A DNA stretch of 64,000 bases. Origin: an uncultured Acidobacteriota bacterium (GTDB lineage Bacteria > Acidobacteriota > Terriglobia > Acidiferrales > UBA7541). Positions 32,606 to 41,729 of this stretch are shown in pieces. The notes under the pieces were generated by a model that was not told the origin of the DNA, did not search any database, and saw only the letters and a program-made list of their open reading frames with translations. The position numbers and the translations under genes were made by a program. The stretch is taken from positions 144,338 to 208,337 of the forward strand of contig CAVPFK010000024.1 of assembly GCA_963703705.1 (NCBI GenBank). The letters run 5' to 3'. The stretch's first letter is position 1, and every line of letters starts with the position of its first letter.

Positions 32606-33388
32606 GTGCTGAAGATTCTTCAGGATCTGCTGGAACTGCAAGCCGTTGACATGCGGCTGCAAGACGTCCACGCGCGCCTGGCGGCCTATCCCAAGAAAAT
32701 CGCAGAAGCCGAAGCTCGCACGGCCGCCGCAAGAGCGGAGGTCGAACGCAGCAAAGCCGCACAGCTGGCCACCGTAAAAGACCGCAAAAAATACGAGCTC
32801 GACGTCGAGGGATGGAAAGAAAAAGTCCGCAAATACAAAGACCAGACATCGCAGATAAAAACGAACGAAGCTTATAAAGCCTTGCAACACGAAGTGCAAA
32901 TGGCCGAAGCAGAGATCGCCAAGGCCGAAGATCGTTTGCTGGAACAAATGGTTTCCGGCGAAGATTACGAGCGTCGCATCAAGATTTCCGAGAAAGCGCT
33001 GAAGGAAGTGGAAGAAGTCGTCCGCGGCGAGCGCTCGAAAATCGACGCCGAAAAAGCAGAGGACGAAAAGGCTCTGGGGGAATTAAACGTCAAACGAGCC
33101 GCCACCGTTCCAGGAATCCCGGAGAAGATGCTCGATCATTACGATCGCATCGTAAGAAAACATCACGGCGTTGCCCTGGCGGAAGTTCGCGATGAAAAAT
33201 GCACCGCCTGCGGAATGCGCGTGCGGCCGCATGTATTTCAGGAGATGCGCCGCACGAACAGCGAGGAGATGTTTCACTGCGAGACGTGCACACGCATTCT
33301 TTACTATTACGAGCCAGTCTCTTCGGCGGCTACGGCTAGTTCGGCCAATCCCACTTCTCCCGCCGGCTCGCTCTCCAATGACACATAA
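32606..33388 (+). CDS. Coiled-coil protein with C-terminal C4 zinc ribbon (COG1579-like)
   Basis: GTG start. The N-terminus reads LLELQAVDMRLQDVHARLAAYPKKI and a long coiled coil follows. The zinc ribbon reads CTACGMRVRPHVFQEMRR...FHCETCTRILYY. Confidence 0.75.
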   Translation: MLKILQDLLELQAVDMRLQDVHARLAAYPKKIAEAEARTAAARAEVERSKAAQLATVKDRKKYELDVEGWKEKVRKYKDQTSQIKTNEAYKALQHEVQMAEAEIAKAEDRLLEQMVSGEDYERRIKISEKALKEVEEVVRGERSKIDAEKAEDEKALGELNVKRAATVPGIPEKMLDHYDRIVRKHHGVALAEVRDEKCTACGMRVRPHVFQEMRRTNSEEMFHCETCTRILYYYEPVSSAATASSANPTSPAGSLSNDT

Positions 33389-33430
33389 GCTGCGACCTTC
33401 TTGTAATACTGCCGGCGAGGATAGTTAGGA

Positions 33431-34141
33431 ATGAAGCGTTCTCCCAAACTCACTGCACCAGCCAGCGCGCGTCTGTTCGACGAAACCCATTTGCCAGCTG
33501 CTCCGCCCGCCAGCGCGTACATCGCTAACATTGACGGCGCTTCGCGCGGCAATCCTGGCCCGGCGTCCTATGCGGTGGTCTTGCGCGATCCTTCCGGGAA
33601 GGTCGTTCTCGAACTGGCGAAAAATATTGGCCGCGAAACGAACAACGTCGCCGAATATTACGCGCTTCTGGCCGCGCTAGACTACGCGGCGACTCACCAG
33701 GTTCATGCGTTGCGCATTCGCAGCGATTCCGAGCTTTTGGTCCGGCAGATGCAGGGCCGCTACAAAGTGAAGAGTCCGGACCTGAAGCCGCTGCATGAAC
33801 GCGCGGCGAAACTCGCGCGGCAGCTTAAGTACTTCGTCATCGAGCACGTGCGCCGCGAATTGAATGCCGATGCGGACGCACTGGCAAACATCTCGCTCGA
33901 CCAGGCCAGCGAGCGTCGCGGAGTCCAGTCGAAATTCGATGTGCGAAGCCTGCGCGGCAAATCCGAATCCCGAGCAGCTAAGGCGGCGCTCGAACCACCG
34001 CACGCTTCCTTGCACACGACACGTGATTGCTCACCTTCATCCTTTAGGATTCGTGCGCGGTTTCTTAACGGCGTATTTGTTCCAGTCGAAACGCCTGATC
34101 TGCCGGAAGGCAGCGAAGTTACCCTCGACGTCCGCAAGTAG
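33431..34141 (+). CDS. rnhA: Ribonuclease HI with C-terminal extension
   Basis: The RNase H core reads IANIDGASRGNPGPASYAVVL...NNVAEYYALLAALDYA...RSDSELLVRQMQGRYKVK...NADADALAN. An extra tail of about 75 aa ends in FLNGVFVPVETPDLPEGSEVTLDV. Confidence 0.85.
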   Translation: MKRSPKLTAPASARLFDETHLPAAPPASAYIANIDGASRGNPGPASYAVVLRDPSGKVVLELAKNIGRETNNVAEYYALLAALDYAATHQVHALRIRSDSELLVRQMQGRYKVKSPDLKPLHERAAKLARQLKYFVIEHVRRELNADADALANISLDQASERRGVQSKFDVRSLRGKSESRAAKAALEPPHASLHTTRDCSPSSFRIRARFLNGVFVPVETPDLPEGSEVTLDVRK

Positions 34142-34259
34142 GCGACCAGATAGCACTTACCGGACATTCTCCCCGCCAATGTTTCACTTGGTTTGGTACC
34201 AAAGCTCTATTGTTCCATTGCCAATAGGCCTATAACCTCATTCTCGTAAGACCAAGCCT

Positions 34260-36233
34260 GTGACTCCACTTCTCGACAAACTTCCGACGATTCTTGTGCT
34301 CGCCGTTCTGGTTGGGATATTTCTATCTCTGCGCAAACACGCCCCGTCAGCTCGCATCCGGCTCTGGACTTACGCTTGGGCCCTCATTTTCCTGCACTTC
34401 TTCGTTCAAGCATTCGAAACGCATACCGGGACGCTGGAAACGACTATCGAAGCGATTGACATCATCGCTCTGGAGCTTTCTGGGGTGGTCTTCGTCACAT
34501 CCATGATGGAAGAGGTGGAGATTCGATCGAAGCGGCTGGGCTTGTTAGCGCTCCTCGGAGTTCCCGTCGCATTCCACGCGTTCGCAGCCAGTTTTAATTC
34601 GCGCATCCCGGTCGCGATGTCGGCGGCCCTTGCGGTCGTTTTCTTCGGCGCCGCTATATTCACAATTTTGTCTACCTCGCCACCGCGCCCATCTAACATC
34701 GGTGTGGCCGTCGTTCTGATCGCCTCGGGAGTTTGGGCTATTCGCAATCAGATACACGGCAGCCCCGACTTCGCCATTAACGCCATCCTGACCCTGTCTT
34801 TTGGATTGTGCGGGCTTCTTTTTTGGAGACGATATCCACGCCCCTCACCGGGAGTCATCGCGGTGTCGGGAGGCTTCCTCGCATGGGGCGTGGTCTTTCC
34901 ACTGGGCGCGGCTTTTGATTATTTTCTTCCCAAGCTGCAAATGAATCCAGAAATCTGGAACGTGCCAAAATATTTCGTCGCTTTGGGAATGGTGCTGACC
35001 CTTCTGGAAGACAAGTCCCGTATTATCGAACAATCCAGCGCGCGCGAACACGCCGAGAATTTGATGCTGCAGCGTCTTTCGCATATCACTTCCCGCCTGC
35101 TTGCCGGAAAGGATCCTGCGGCGATCTGCACCGAGGTTGCCATCGCCATCACTGACGCGAGTAGCTTCTCGAAAGCCGCTCTGTTCCTCGCTGCGGAGGA
35201 CCGCTCGTTTCGCCTGTCGGGCTCGAACGGTTTTTCGCCGAAGGAAGGCCGCGAACTTGAAGAGCGGGCGAGAAACCTCACCATTGAACAACTAAAGGCG
35301 CTGTGCAGCGGCTCAACGCAGCTGAGCAGCAATTCCTATCGCGTGGCCGGCCCGCAGAACGAAATCCTGATTCCACTTATTTCATGGAGAGGTTCGTACG
35401 TCGGATGTCTATTCCTGTTCTGCGCGCAGCCTAAAACGGGGCCTGACGCATCGGAAATGGTGAAGCTGGAAGTGCTGGCATCCGATCTTGCCGTGACCAT
35501 CGAGAATACCAGGCTGCATCATCAACTCGTGCGAGCGGAAAAGTTGGCTGCGCTCGGACAGCTTGTGGCGGGCGTCGCCCACGAATTAAATAATCCGCTC
35601 ACTGGAATTATCGGTTATTCGGAATTGCTGGCCGAGGAAGTCCAGGGCGAGAAAGTCGTCAAGCGCCTGCAGAAACTGGGGCACGAAGCTCATCGCATGA
35701 AGCGAATCGTGGATGGCCTGCTGCGGTTTGCGCGCCAGAATAATCCCGCGGCGCGCGCAGCCGATCTTGAAGCCGCTTTGCGCGACGTCATCCAACTACG
35801 CGAATTCCACCTGCGCAAGCTCGGCATTAGCGTGCAGCCGCACGTCGATCCGAACCTGCCGTGCATCGCCATAGGCGAGGACGAGTTGAAACAGGTGCTT
35901 CTGAATCTCTTGAACAATTCGATCGACGCGGTAGAAGATAGCGCGCGACGCTCCATTCAAATCCGCGCCTTCAGCGATCAGAACACCGTGGTAATTCAGT
36001 TTGAGGATTCAGGCCCAGGATTCACGGACTTGAATCGCGCATTCGATCCGTTTTTCACCACCAAGCCTGTTGGCAAAGGCACCGGGCTCGGCCTCAGCAT
36101 TTGCTACGGCATTGCACAAGAATGCGGCGGCGAAATCGTCATCAAGAATATGCAGCCGTACGGTGCAAAGGTCGTGCTCGTACTACCCGTGGCGGTCTCC
36201 GCAGTCCAGCCCATCGACGCTCTCACAGCCTAA
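34260..36233 (+). CDS. Sensor histidine kinase with polytopic N-terminal membrane domain
   Basis: About 7 TM helices come first, then a GAF-like region. The HisKA motif is LGQLVAGVAHELNNPLTGIIGYSELL. HATPase_c motifs are LLNLLNNSIDA, DSGPGF and GTGLGLSICYGI. No response regulator is adjacent. Confidence 0.85.
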   Translation: MTPLLDKLPTILVLAVLVGIFLSLRKHAPSARIRLWTYAWALIFLHFFVQAFETHTGTLETTIEAIDIIALELSGVVFVTSMMEEVEIRSKRLGLLALLGVPVAFHAFAASFNSRIPVAMSAALAVVFFGAAIFTILSTSPPRPSNIGVAVVLIASGVWAIRNQIHGSPDFAINAILTLSFGLCGLLFWRRYPRPSPGVIAVSGGFLAWGVVFPLGAAFDYFLPKLQMNPEIWNVPKYFVALGMVLTLLEDKSRIIEQSSAREHAENLMLQRLSHITSRLLAGKDPAAICTEVAIAITDASSFSKAALFLAAEDRSFRLSGSNGFSPKEGRELEERARNLTIEQLKALCSGSTQLSSNSYRVAGPQNEILIPLISWRGSYVGCLFLFCAQPKTGPDASEMVKLEVLASDLAVTIENTRLHHQLVRAEKLAALGQLVAGVAHELNNPLTGIIGYSELLAEEVQGEKVVKRLQKLGHEAHRMKRIVDGLLRFARQNNPAARAADLEAALRDVIQLREFHLRKLGISVQPHVDPNLPCIAIGEDELKQVLLNLLNNSIDAVEDSARRSIQIRAFSDQNTVVIQFEDSGPGFTDLNRAFDPFFTTKPVGKGTGLGLSICYGIAQECGGEIVIKNMQPYGAKVVLVLPVAVSAVQPIDALTA

Positions 36234-36271
36234 GCGCCCCGCGATAATCGAAAACAAAAGCCGAAGGCTCT

Positions 36272-37315
36272 CTATTGGACTTGTTTTAAAACGTAGGAGC
36301 GGTAGAGCGTGTCGCGCTGGGCGGGGAGGTAGCCCGCGTCGGAGATGATGCGGCGAAGCTCGGCCTCATTCGTGCGGGTACGCACGCCTGCTGCATACAC
36401 TACATTTTCTTCGATCAGGATGCTGCCCACATCATCGGCGCCAAACTGCAAACCTACCTGGCAAATTTTAATCCCTGGCGTGAGCCAGCTGGACTGTATG
36501 TGGTCGATATTGTCGAGGTACAGCCTGCTGATGGCGAGCGTCTTCAGATAATCGAAAGCCGTCGCTTCCGGAATTTTCTTTCCCAGCGGAGTATTTTCAG
36601 GCGCAAAAATCCAGGGAATGAAAGCGGTGAACCCGCCGGTGTCTTCCTGAATGCGGCGCAGCAGTTCCAGATGGTTCACCCGGTGGCGCGCTTCTTCTCC
36701 GCAGCCGAACATCATGGTCGCCGTCGTGCGCATGCCCAGTGAATGAGCCGCACGATGCACCTCTACCCATTCTTCGGAGCGGCACTTCAATCGCGAGATG
36801 CGCGCGCGTATTTCGTCATCCAGAATTTCGGCGCCGCCTCCGGGAATTGAATCGAGTCCGGCATCGCGTAGCCGGGCGATGGTATCTCGCAGCGAAAGTC
36901 CCGAAACTTCGGCGATACAGGTGATCTCCGGAGCCGAAAAACAGTGCAGGTGAACTTGCGGAAAGCGCTCCTTGATCGAGCGCAGCATGTTTTCGTAGAA
37001 CTCGATGCGCAAATCCGGATGCAGGCCGCCCTGCATCAGCACGCCAGTGCCGCCTAGCTCCAGCATCTCCTGGATTTTTTCGTAAATTGTCTCCAGTGGC
37101 AGGATGTAACCGTCTTTGGCTCCCAACGGGCGGTAAAACGCGCAAAACGAGCAGTACTCGGTGCAGAAATTCGTATAGTTGATGTTGCGGTCGATCTGAT
37201 AGGTAGCCACGCGCGCATCGGTTTTCTTCCGACGCACCTCGTTGGCGGCCATGCCGATCCCGATCAAATCATCGGAGTTGAAAAGATCCAGCGCTTCTTG
37301 TTGAGAAATACTCAT
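36272..37315 (-). CDS. mqnC: Radical SAM futalosine-pathway enzyme, tentatively cyclic dehypoxanthinyl futalosine synthase
   Basis: The SAM cluster motif is NYTNFCTEYCSFCAF, followed by GGTGVLMQGGLHPDL...GLDSIPGGGAEIL. The choice of MqnC over MqnE rests only on synteny with mqnA. Confidence 0.65.
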   Translation of the reverse strand: MSISQQEALDLFNSDDLIGIGMAANEVRRKKTDARVATYQIDRNINYTNFCTEYCSFCAFYRPLGAKDGYILPLETIYEKIQEMLELGGTGVLMQGGLHPDLRIEFYENMLRSIKERFPQVHLHCFSAPEITCIAEVSGLSLRDTIARLRDAGLDSIPGGGAEILDDEIRARISRLKCRSEEWVEVHRAAHSLGMRTTATMMFGCGEEARHRVNHLELLRRIQEDTGGFTAFIPWIFAPENTPLGKKIPEATAFDYLKTLAISRLYLDNIDHIQSSWLTPGIKICQVGLQFGADDVGSILIEENVVYAAGVRTRTNEAELRRIISDAGYLPAQRDTLYRSYVLKQVQ

Positions 37316-37339
37316 TTTCGATTCTTCCCTTATCGGCCA

Positions 37340-38074
37340 TCAAACCAGATAAACCGCATTGTTAATGCGCACAACGCCTTCGCGCAGGACCGCGCCGTAA
37401 ACTCCAAAACAGCCCTCGTGGCGCAAGGCCACATTTTGCAGCACCGCTGGCGCGGGCACCGCGGTGTCCGGATCGAGCGTGATCATCACACAGCGCTCGT
37501 CTTTTTTCATCAACTGTACCGTGACCGTATCGCCGATTCGCAGCTCGTGCCCAATCAATTCGTCTTCGTAGTACGGCTGATCGTTGTCCCAGCGCACATA
37601 AAAGTTAGCACGAAATCGCCGCGTATCGAGGTCCATACCGGTTTCTCTGGAGAGCGCGCTAACCGTGCCCAATCCCAGCAGCGAAACCGGCTGGGCATCG
37701 GTCTGGCAACGCTCCGAAAATCTCAAGCGCAAGGATCTCCCGAATCGTTCCTCCAAGTACTGGGTGAAGCGTGAATCACCCATTCGGAAACGCTCCCCTT
37801 CCGGCGTGGTCACTTCCGTCGCGTAGGACGCAGCGTCCGGATTCGGCTCCTCTAGCGGAGGTGGATCCAGAAAACGCGGGCGAAAAAGGATTAGCTCGCG
37901 TCCCTGTCGCGCCGTCATCCACGGAAAGTTCGAGCGATTGCGATTATCGATGAACGCAAAAGCGCGGTCGCCAATCAGCCCGGCAAAACTCACGCGCGCT
38001 TCCTCCATGTCCTCGCCGGCCATGCTTTTCACCGGATAGCGACGAAGAATGCTTAACTGCCCGATGCGTTCCAC
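37340..38074 (-). CDS. MOSC-domain protein (MOSC_N beta-barrel + MOSC)
   Basis: MERIGQLSILRRYPVKSMAGEDMEEARVSFAGLIGDRAFAF is typical of MOSC_N. The C-terminal part contains the ERCVMITLDP Cys motif. Confidence 0.8.
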   Translation of the reverse strand: MERIGQLSILRRYPVKSMAGEDMEEARVSFAGLIGDRAFAFIDNRNRSNFPWMTARQGRELILFRPRFLDPPPLEEPNPDAASYATEVTTPEGERFRMGDSRFTQYLEERFGRSLRLRFSERCQTDAQPVSLLGLGTVSALSRETGMDLDTRRFRANFYVRWDNDQPYYEDELIGHELRIGDTVTVQLMKKDERCVMITLDPDTAVPAPAVLQNVALRHEGCFGVYGAVLREGVVRINNAVYLV

Positions 38075-38077
38075 ACC

Positions 38078-38992
38078 CTACGCTCCAAACTGCGCTGTTG
38101 TTTTCACCGGGGAACGAAAAAACTCCAGCGGACGCGCGCGCGGAATCAGGCCGGCCGCGGCGGCCTTCTCGTAATACAGCCGCAGCCCCGCGAGATATTC
38201 CTCTTCGAGCCCGAAATGAATATTCTCGGCCAAGTAACGTTCCAGTGCGCGCACGGGCAAATCAAGCTTCAACGAAGCGCCTTCCGCGATGTCGCGTAGC
38301 CGTCCGAGGCCGTATTCCTTCGAGGCTTCAAAATCGGCCAACACTTCCGCATTCACCGCACCGCGACGCGCGGACCAAATCGCAAGCACGCAGGGCTTTC
38401 CCGTCATTTCCTGCCATTGATAAGCGACGTCGTATACGAACAAAGTCTCAAATCCCGGCACTGGCATCGTTTCCGGATCGCCTTTGCAACACTCCTCGCC
38501 ACTGGGAGCTTTTCCTGCCAGCGCCTCCATCTTTAGCGTAATGCGGAGTGCTGGGTCGCCGATCACCAGTGCCGCGTCAGCTTGCTTTAACATTTCCGAA
38601 GGGTCCGGAGCGGCGTCCACGAATTCCGGCTGGATTTTCCAATGTTCGGACGCCAGCAAACGCACCAGCGCAGCGGAACTCCGCGAGCTGGTGTCGAGCG
38701 CAATGCGCTTTACTTTTTCGATCGGTCGTTTCGCCACCAACAGAATACTGCGAACCTCGCCCTTGGCTGCCACGCTCATTCCGGGCAGCGCGACCACATT
38801 CTCCATGCGTTGATATTCAATGGCCGGAATAATCGCGATGTCCACATCGCCCCGCCGCAGGGCTTCCGCGCATTGCGACGGCAGCGTAAACGAAAGGCTA
38901 TACTTTCCCGCCAGCGGCCCGTCCGTAAATCCCCAGACCAGCGGCGCTGTATTCAGGAACTCAACAATCGAAATCCGCAGTTTTGCCATCAT
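38078..38992 (-). CDS. mqnA: Chorismate dehydratase (futalosine pathway)
   Basis: KLRISIVEFLNTAPLVWGF...GDVDIAIIPAIEY...ALDTSSRSSAALVRLL has the periplasmic-binding-protein-like fold motifs of MqnA (VitK2_biosynth). Confidence 0.8.
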   Translation of the reverse strand: MMAKLRISIVEFLNTAPLVWGFTDGPLAGKYSLSFTLPSQCAEALRRGDVDIAIIPAIEYQRMENVVALPGMSVAAKGEVRSILLVAKRPIEKVKRIALDTSSRSSAALVRLLASEHWKIQPEFVDAAPDPSEMLKQADAALVIGDPALRITLKMEALAGKAPSGEECCKGDPETMPVPGFETLFVYDVAYQWQEMTGKPCVLAIWSARRGAVNAEVLADFEASKEYGLGRLRDIAEGASLKLDLPVRALERYLAENIHFGLEEEYLAGLRLYYEKAAAAGLIPRARPLEFFRSPVKTTAQFGA

Positions 38993-39068
38993 TGGTTTGG
39001 AAACACGCCAAGTTGAAGCCTAGCACACCGCTACTAAAGATGCGTCTGATCGAAATCAGGGAATTCGA

Positions 39069-40565
39069 CTAGGGCGCGGGAGGGAATGTCACAACTTCAT
39101 CCTCCAGCGGAATTTCCATTTGGTGTTGAACGCCCGTATCGTGCGCGTCAGAAGGTTTCCAGCCTTCCCCTTTTCCGGCAACCTCTAACGAGGAGAAAGC
39201 ATAAGGCAGCCCTTCACAAGCGAGCATGGAACTGGCGTTGCAGATGTCAAAGTGTAGATGAGGCTCCGACGAATTCCCAGTGTTGCCAAGAAGCCCAAGC
39301 ACCTGCCCTGTCTTCACTCTCTCTCCCACTTTCACCCGCAGCGAGCCGGGCTGCATATGCGCGTAAAACGCGTATAGCCCGTTCCCCAGGTCTATTATTA
39401 CGTGATTGCCGCCAATCGTCTCCAGAGTAATCGGTATCGCCATCGACTTTGCGCCCGGCGTGTTTTGCGGAAGGCCGTCCTTCGTCTCAGTCACGATTCC
39501 GTCCGCCACCGCGTGAATTTCGTGTCCGTACGCGCGATAATTTTTGTTGTCAGCGGGATCGCCCTGGTAAGTCTTCCCGTCGGGGTAGAGTTGCACCCAA
39601 TCAATGGCGAAACGTTGGGAGATATAAGCGCGCCCGTCGACTGGAATCAGCGCACGACGATGTCCTGAAGTGTTAGATGGGCCGTTGCCCGCCCGCCAAT
39701 TTTCCCCGGTCAATGGCGCTCCAATCACCATCACCGGCTTTCGATCCACTTGCGTCGCCGGTGTATCAATTGCAAACGCCTCGGGATAATCGCCAATCTT
39801 CGCGCTCACTCGCTGGCGGATGGAATCCGGCACCGCGTCCAAATTGTCAAACGTGACCCACATGTACACCACGGCGAACTGCCTAGGGCCTATTTTCGAC
39901 TTCTGCGCTGCGTCTCCACCGGGATGAACGACCATTCCATCAAGATCGCCGCCGGAAAAGCTCGCCAGCGGTTTTTGTCCACCATTTCCGGCGACGACCT
40001 CCAACCGTGTCAGTTCGCAGTCCCACTTGCCGAGGTTCGCGACGTGGAGTTCGTACACCAGATGCCATTTCCCGTCGGCCTTGAATGCCGTGGGCGCGAT
40101 CGGAATCACGATGTCCAGAGGCATGGTCAGCGGCTTCGAGGTATGCTCCGGACTCTTTATCGCGCCCTGTTGAGACGGTTTGGGCGTGTCGCTGCGTTTG
40201 AACGAAAGCGGCTGCTCCGGAACCCCAGTCTGTACCCAGGTGCCGGAGATCTCCGTCCCGTCTTGATTCATTTCTCCTTGGTACACTCCGCCCACGCGGC
40301 TCACTTCAAACCGAACCTGGCCCCCTTTGAGCGAGGCTTTCTCAATCGGCAAAGTTGCGTGCTGATCCACGCTGTTAAGCTGTCCTGCAAGATCTCCGCT
40401 GCTTGTCTTCGAAATCGTTACAATTAGATGAAGCCTGCCACCCAAGGTACCTTCCCAAGCGCCTTCAAGTCCGGGTGCATCAGGCGCGTCCTGCGCTGCG
40501 GCGCTAGGGGGTAATAAACTCGAGATCGCCATAACCGCGAGCAAAAATCCGCACCCGCGGGCCAT
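39069..40565 (-). CDS. Secreted M23-family metallopeptidase
   Basis: ATG at 40565 (MARGCGFLLAVMAISS) has GGAGG 7 nt upstream. The M23 motifs read GNHVIIDLGNGLYAFYAHM...GLLGNTGNSSEPHLHFD. Confidence 0.8.
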   Translation of the reverse strand: MARGCGFLLAVMAISSLLPPSAAAQDAPDAPGLEGAWEGTLGGRLHLIVTISKTSSGDLAGQLNSVDQHATLPIEKASLKGGQVRFEVSRVGGVYQGEMNQDGTEISGTWVQTGVPEQPLSFKRSDTPKPSQQGAIKSPEHTSKPLTMPLDIVIPIAPTAFKADGKWHLVYELHVANLGKWDCELTRLEVVAGNGGQKPLASFSGGDLDGMVVHPGGDAAQKSKIGPRQFAVVYMWVTFDNLDAVPDSIRQRVSAKIGDYPEAFAIDTPATQVDRKPVMVIGAPLTGENWRAGNGPSNTSGHRRALIPVDGRAYISQRFAIDWVQLYPDGKTYQGDPADNKNYRAYGHEIHAVADGIVTETKDGLPQNTPGAKSMAIPITLETIGGNHVIIDLGNGLYAFYAHMQPGSLRVKVGERVKTGQVLGLLGNTGNSSEPHLHFDICNASSMLACEGLPYAFSSLEVAGKGEGWKPSDAHDTGVQHQMEIPLEDEVVTFPPAP

Positions 40566-40639
40566 TCGCAGACCTCCTACAATTTTCGCGTCTACAACCG
40601 ATCGATTTGCAGCTTCTGTTCCAAGCGCTATCATGTTCC

Positions 40640-41638
40640 GCCCCCTATCGCCCATGTATTCTTAACGCACTCGGCTCACATGTCCAGCGCAAGCGGCTCG
40701 CAAGCATCGGCGCATTCGGCCAACTTGAAGTCCTCGGAACCTCGCAACTCGTTTCGACATTGTCCGGTTCATACCCAACGCGGCTCGCTCCTGCGTAACC
40801 TCCGCCGCTGCTTAGGATGTTCCTCTCAATGCAACCGGACCAATGCTTGGGTTGGCTGGCACTGGCGACCCGCCCCCTTCTGTATGTTCGCGGAAATAGA
40901 GAACTTTTGAATCGCCGCACAATTTCCATAGTTGACTCGCGTCCTCCAACCCCTTACGGGAATCAAATGGTTCAGGGATTGGCGAAGGTCCTCGCCAATT
41001 GTCGTTTCAGGCCTGGCCGGCAGTATTGACTCGAGTGCGCACAAAGGCGCGCGCTAGGTTCGGAAACGGGCGCGAGCATGGTCGTGCTGGGCTGTGGGAT
41101 CCATGTGGTTTATCCCAAGGAGAACAAGAAGATCTTCAAGGAAATGACCCAACGTGAGTTCCCCATGGGCACGTTTCCAGGACTCCCTACGCGCGGCCGG
41201 ATATCGGGTTTGAGCGTTCTGGTGGTGGAGGAGTACAGTAGTCTTGATTGCTGCCATGGAGTTTGGCCGCGAGGTGAACGGCGGGCCGGGCAATGCCGCG
41301 CAACACTCTAGCTTCGGGCGGAATCAGCTTATAAAGCAGGGTGCCAAGGTGGTCACATCATGGGAAGATGTGATTGAGGAGCTGCCCGCCCCGATCCTGG
41401 ACGAGCGTTTACCCGTCGAGGCGGCAAACTCCGAGGAGCGGGCAGAGCTGGTACGACAAAGCCTGGCCCCGGCTGAGCGGACGCTTTACGAGCTTCTGAC
41501 CGAGAACGGTCGCGCCATAGCGACGATTTCGTCGAGGTTTCCGGCCTTACGAAGTGCTGGCGGCTCTAGTTTGACCTGGAGCTCAAAGGCGTGGTACGTC
41601 AGTTACCTGGTAAGCAATTCTTGAAAGTCCTGTTGTAA
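40640..41638 (+). pseudogene. dprA: Degraded DNA-processing protein A (dprA/smf) gene
   Basis: DprA-like segments are spread over all three plus-strand frames: PLLYVRGNRELLN..ISIVDSRPPTPYGNQM; IVVSGLAGSIDSSAHKGA; VVLGCGIHVVYPKENKKIFKEM; EFPMGTFP; ISGLSVLVVEE; FGRNQLIKQGAKVVTSWEDVIEELP; EVLAALV; DLELKGVVRQLPGKQFLKVLL-stop at 41636-41638. I see at least 6 frame changes plus stops and apparent in-frame deletions. Confidence 0.7.
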
Positions 41639-41729
41639 CCTTCCAGGGGATAGCAGGCTAGGATGGGGAGTGCGCGGGTGCCTGCTGGCACCGGCGCTCC
41701 AGGCTGTTTCACAAGGAACACGAAAGAAA

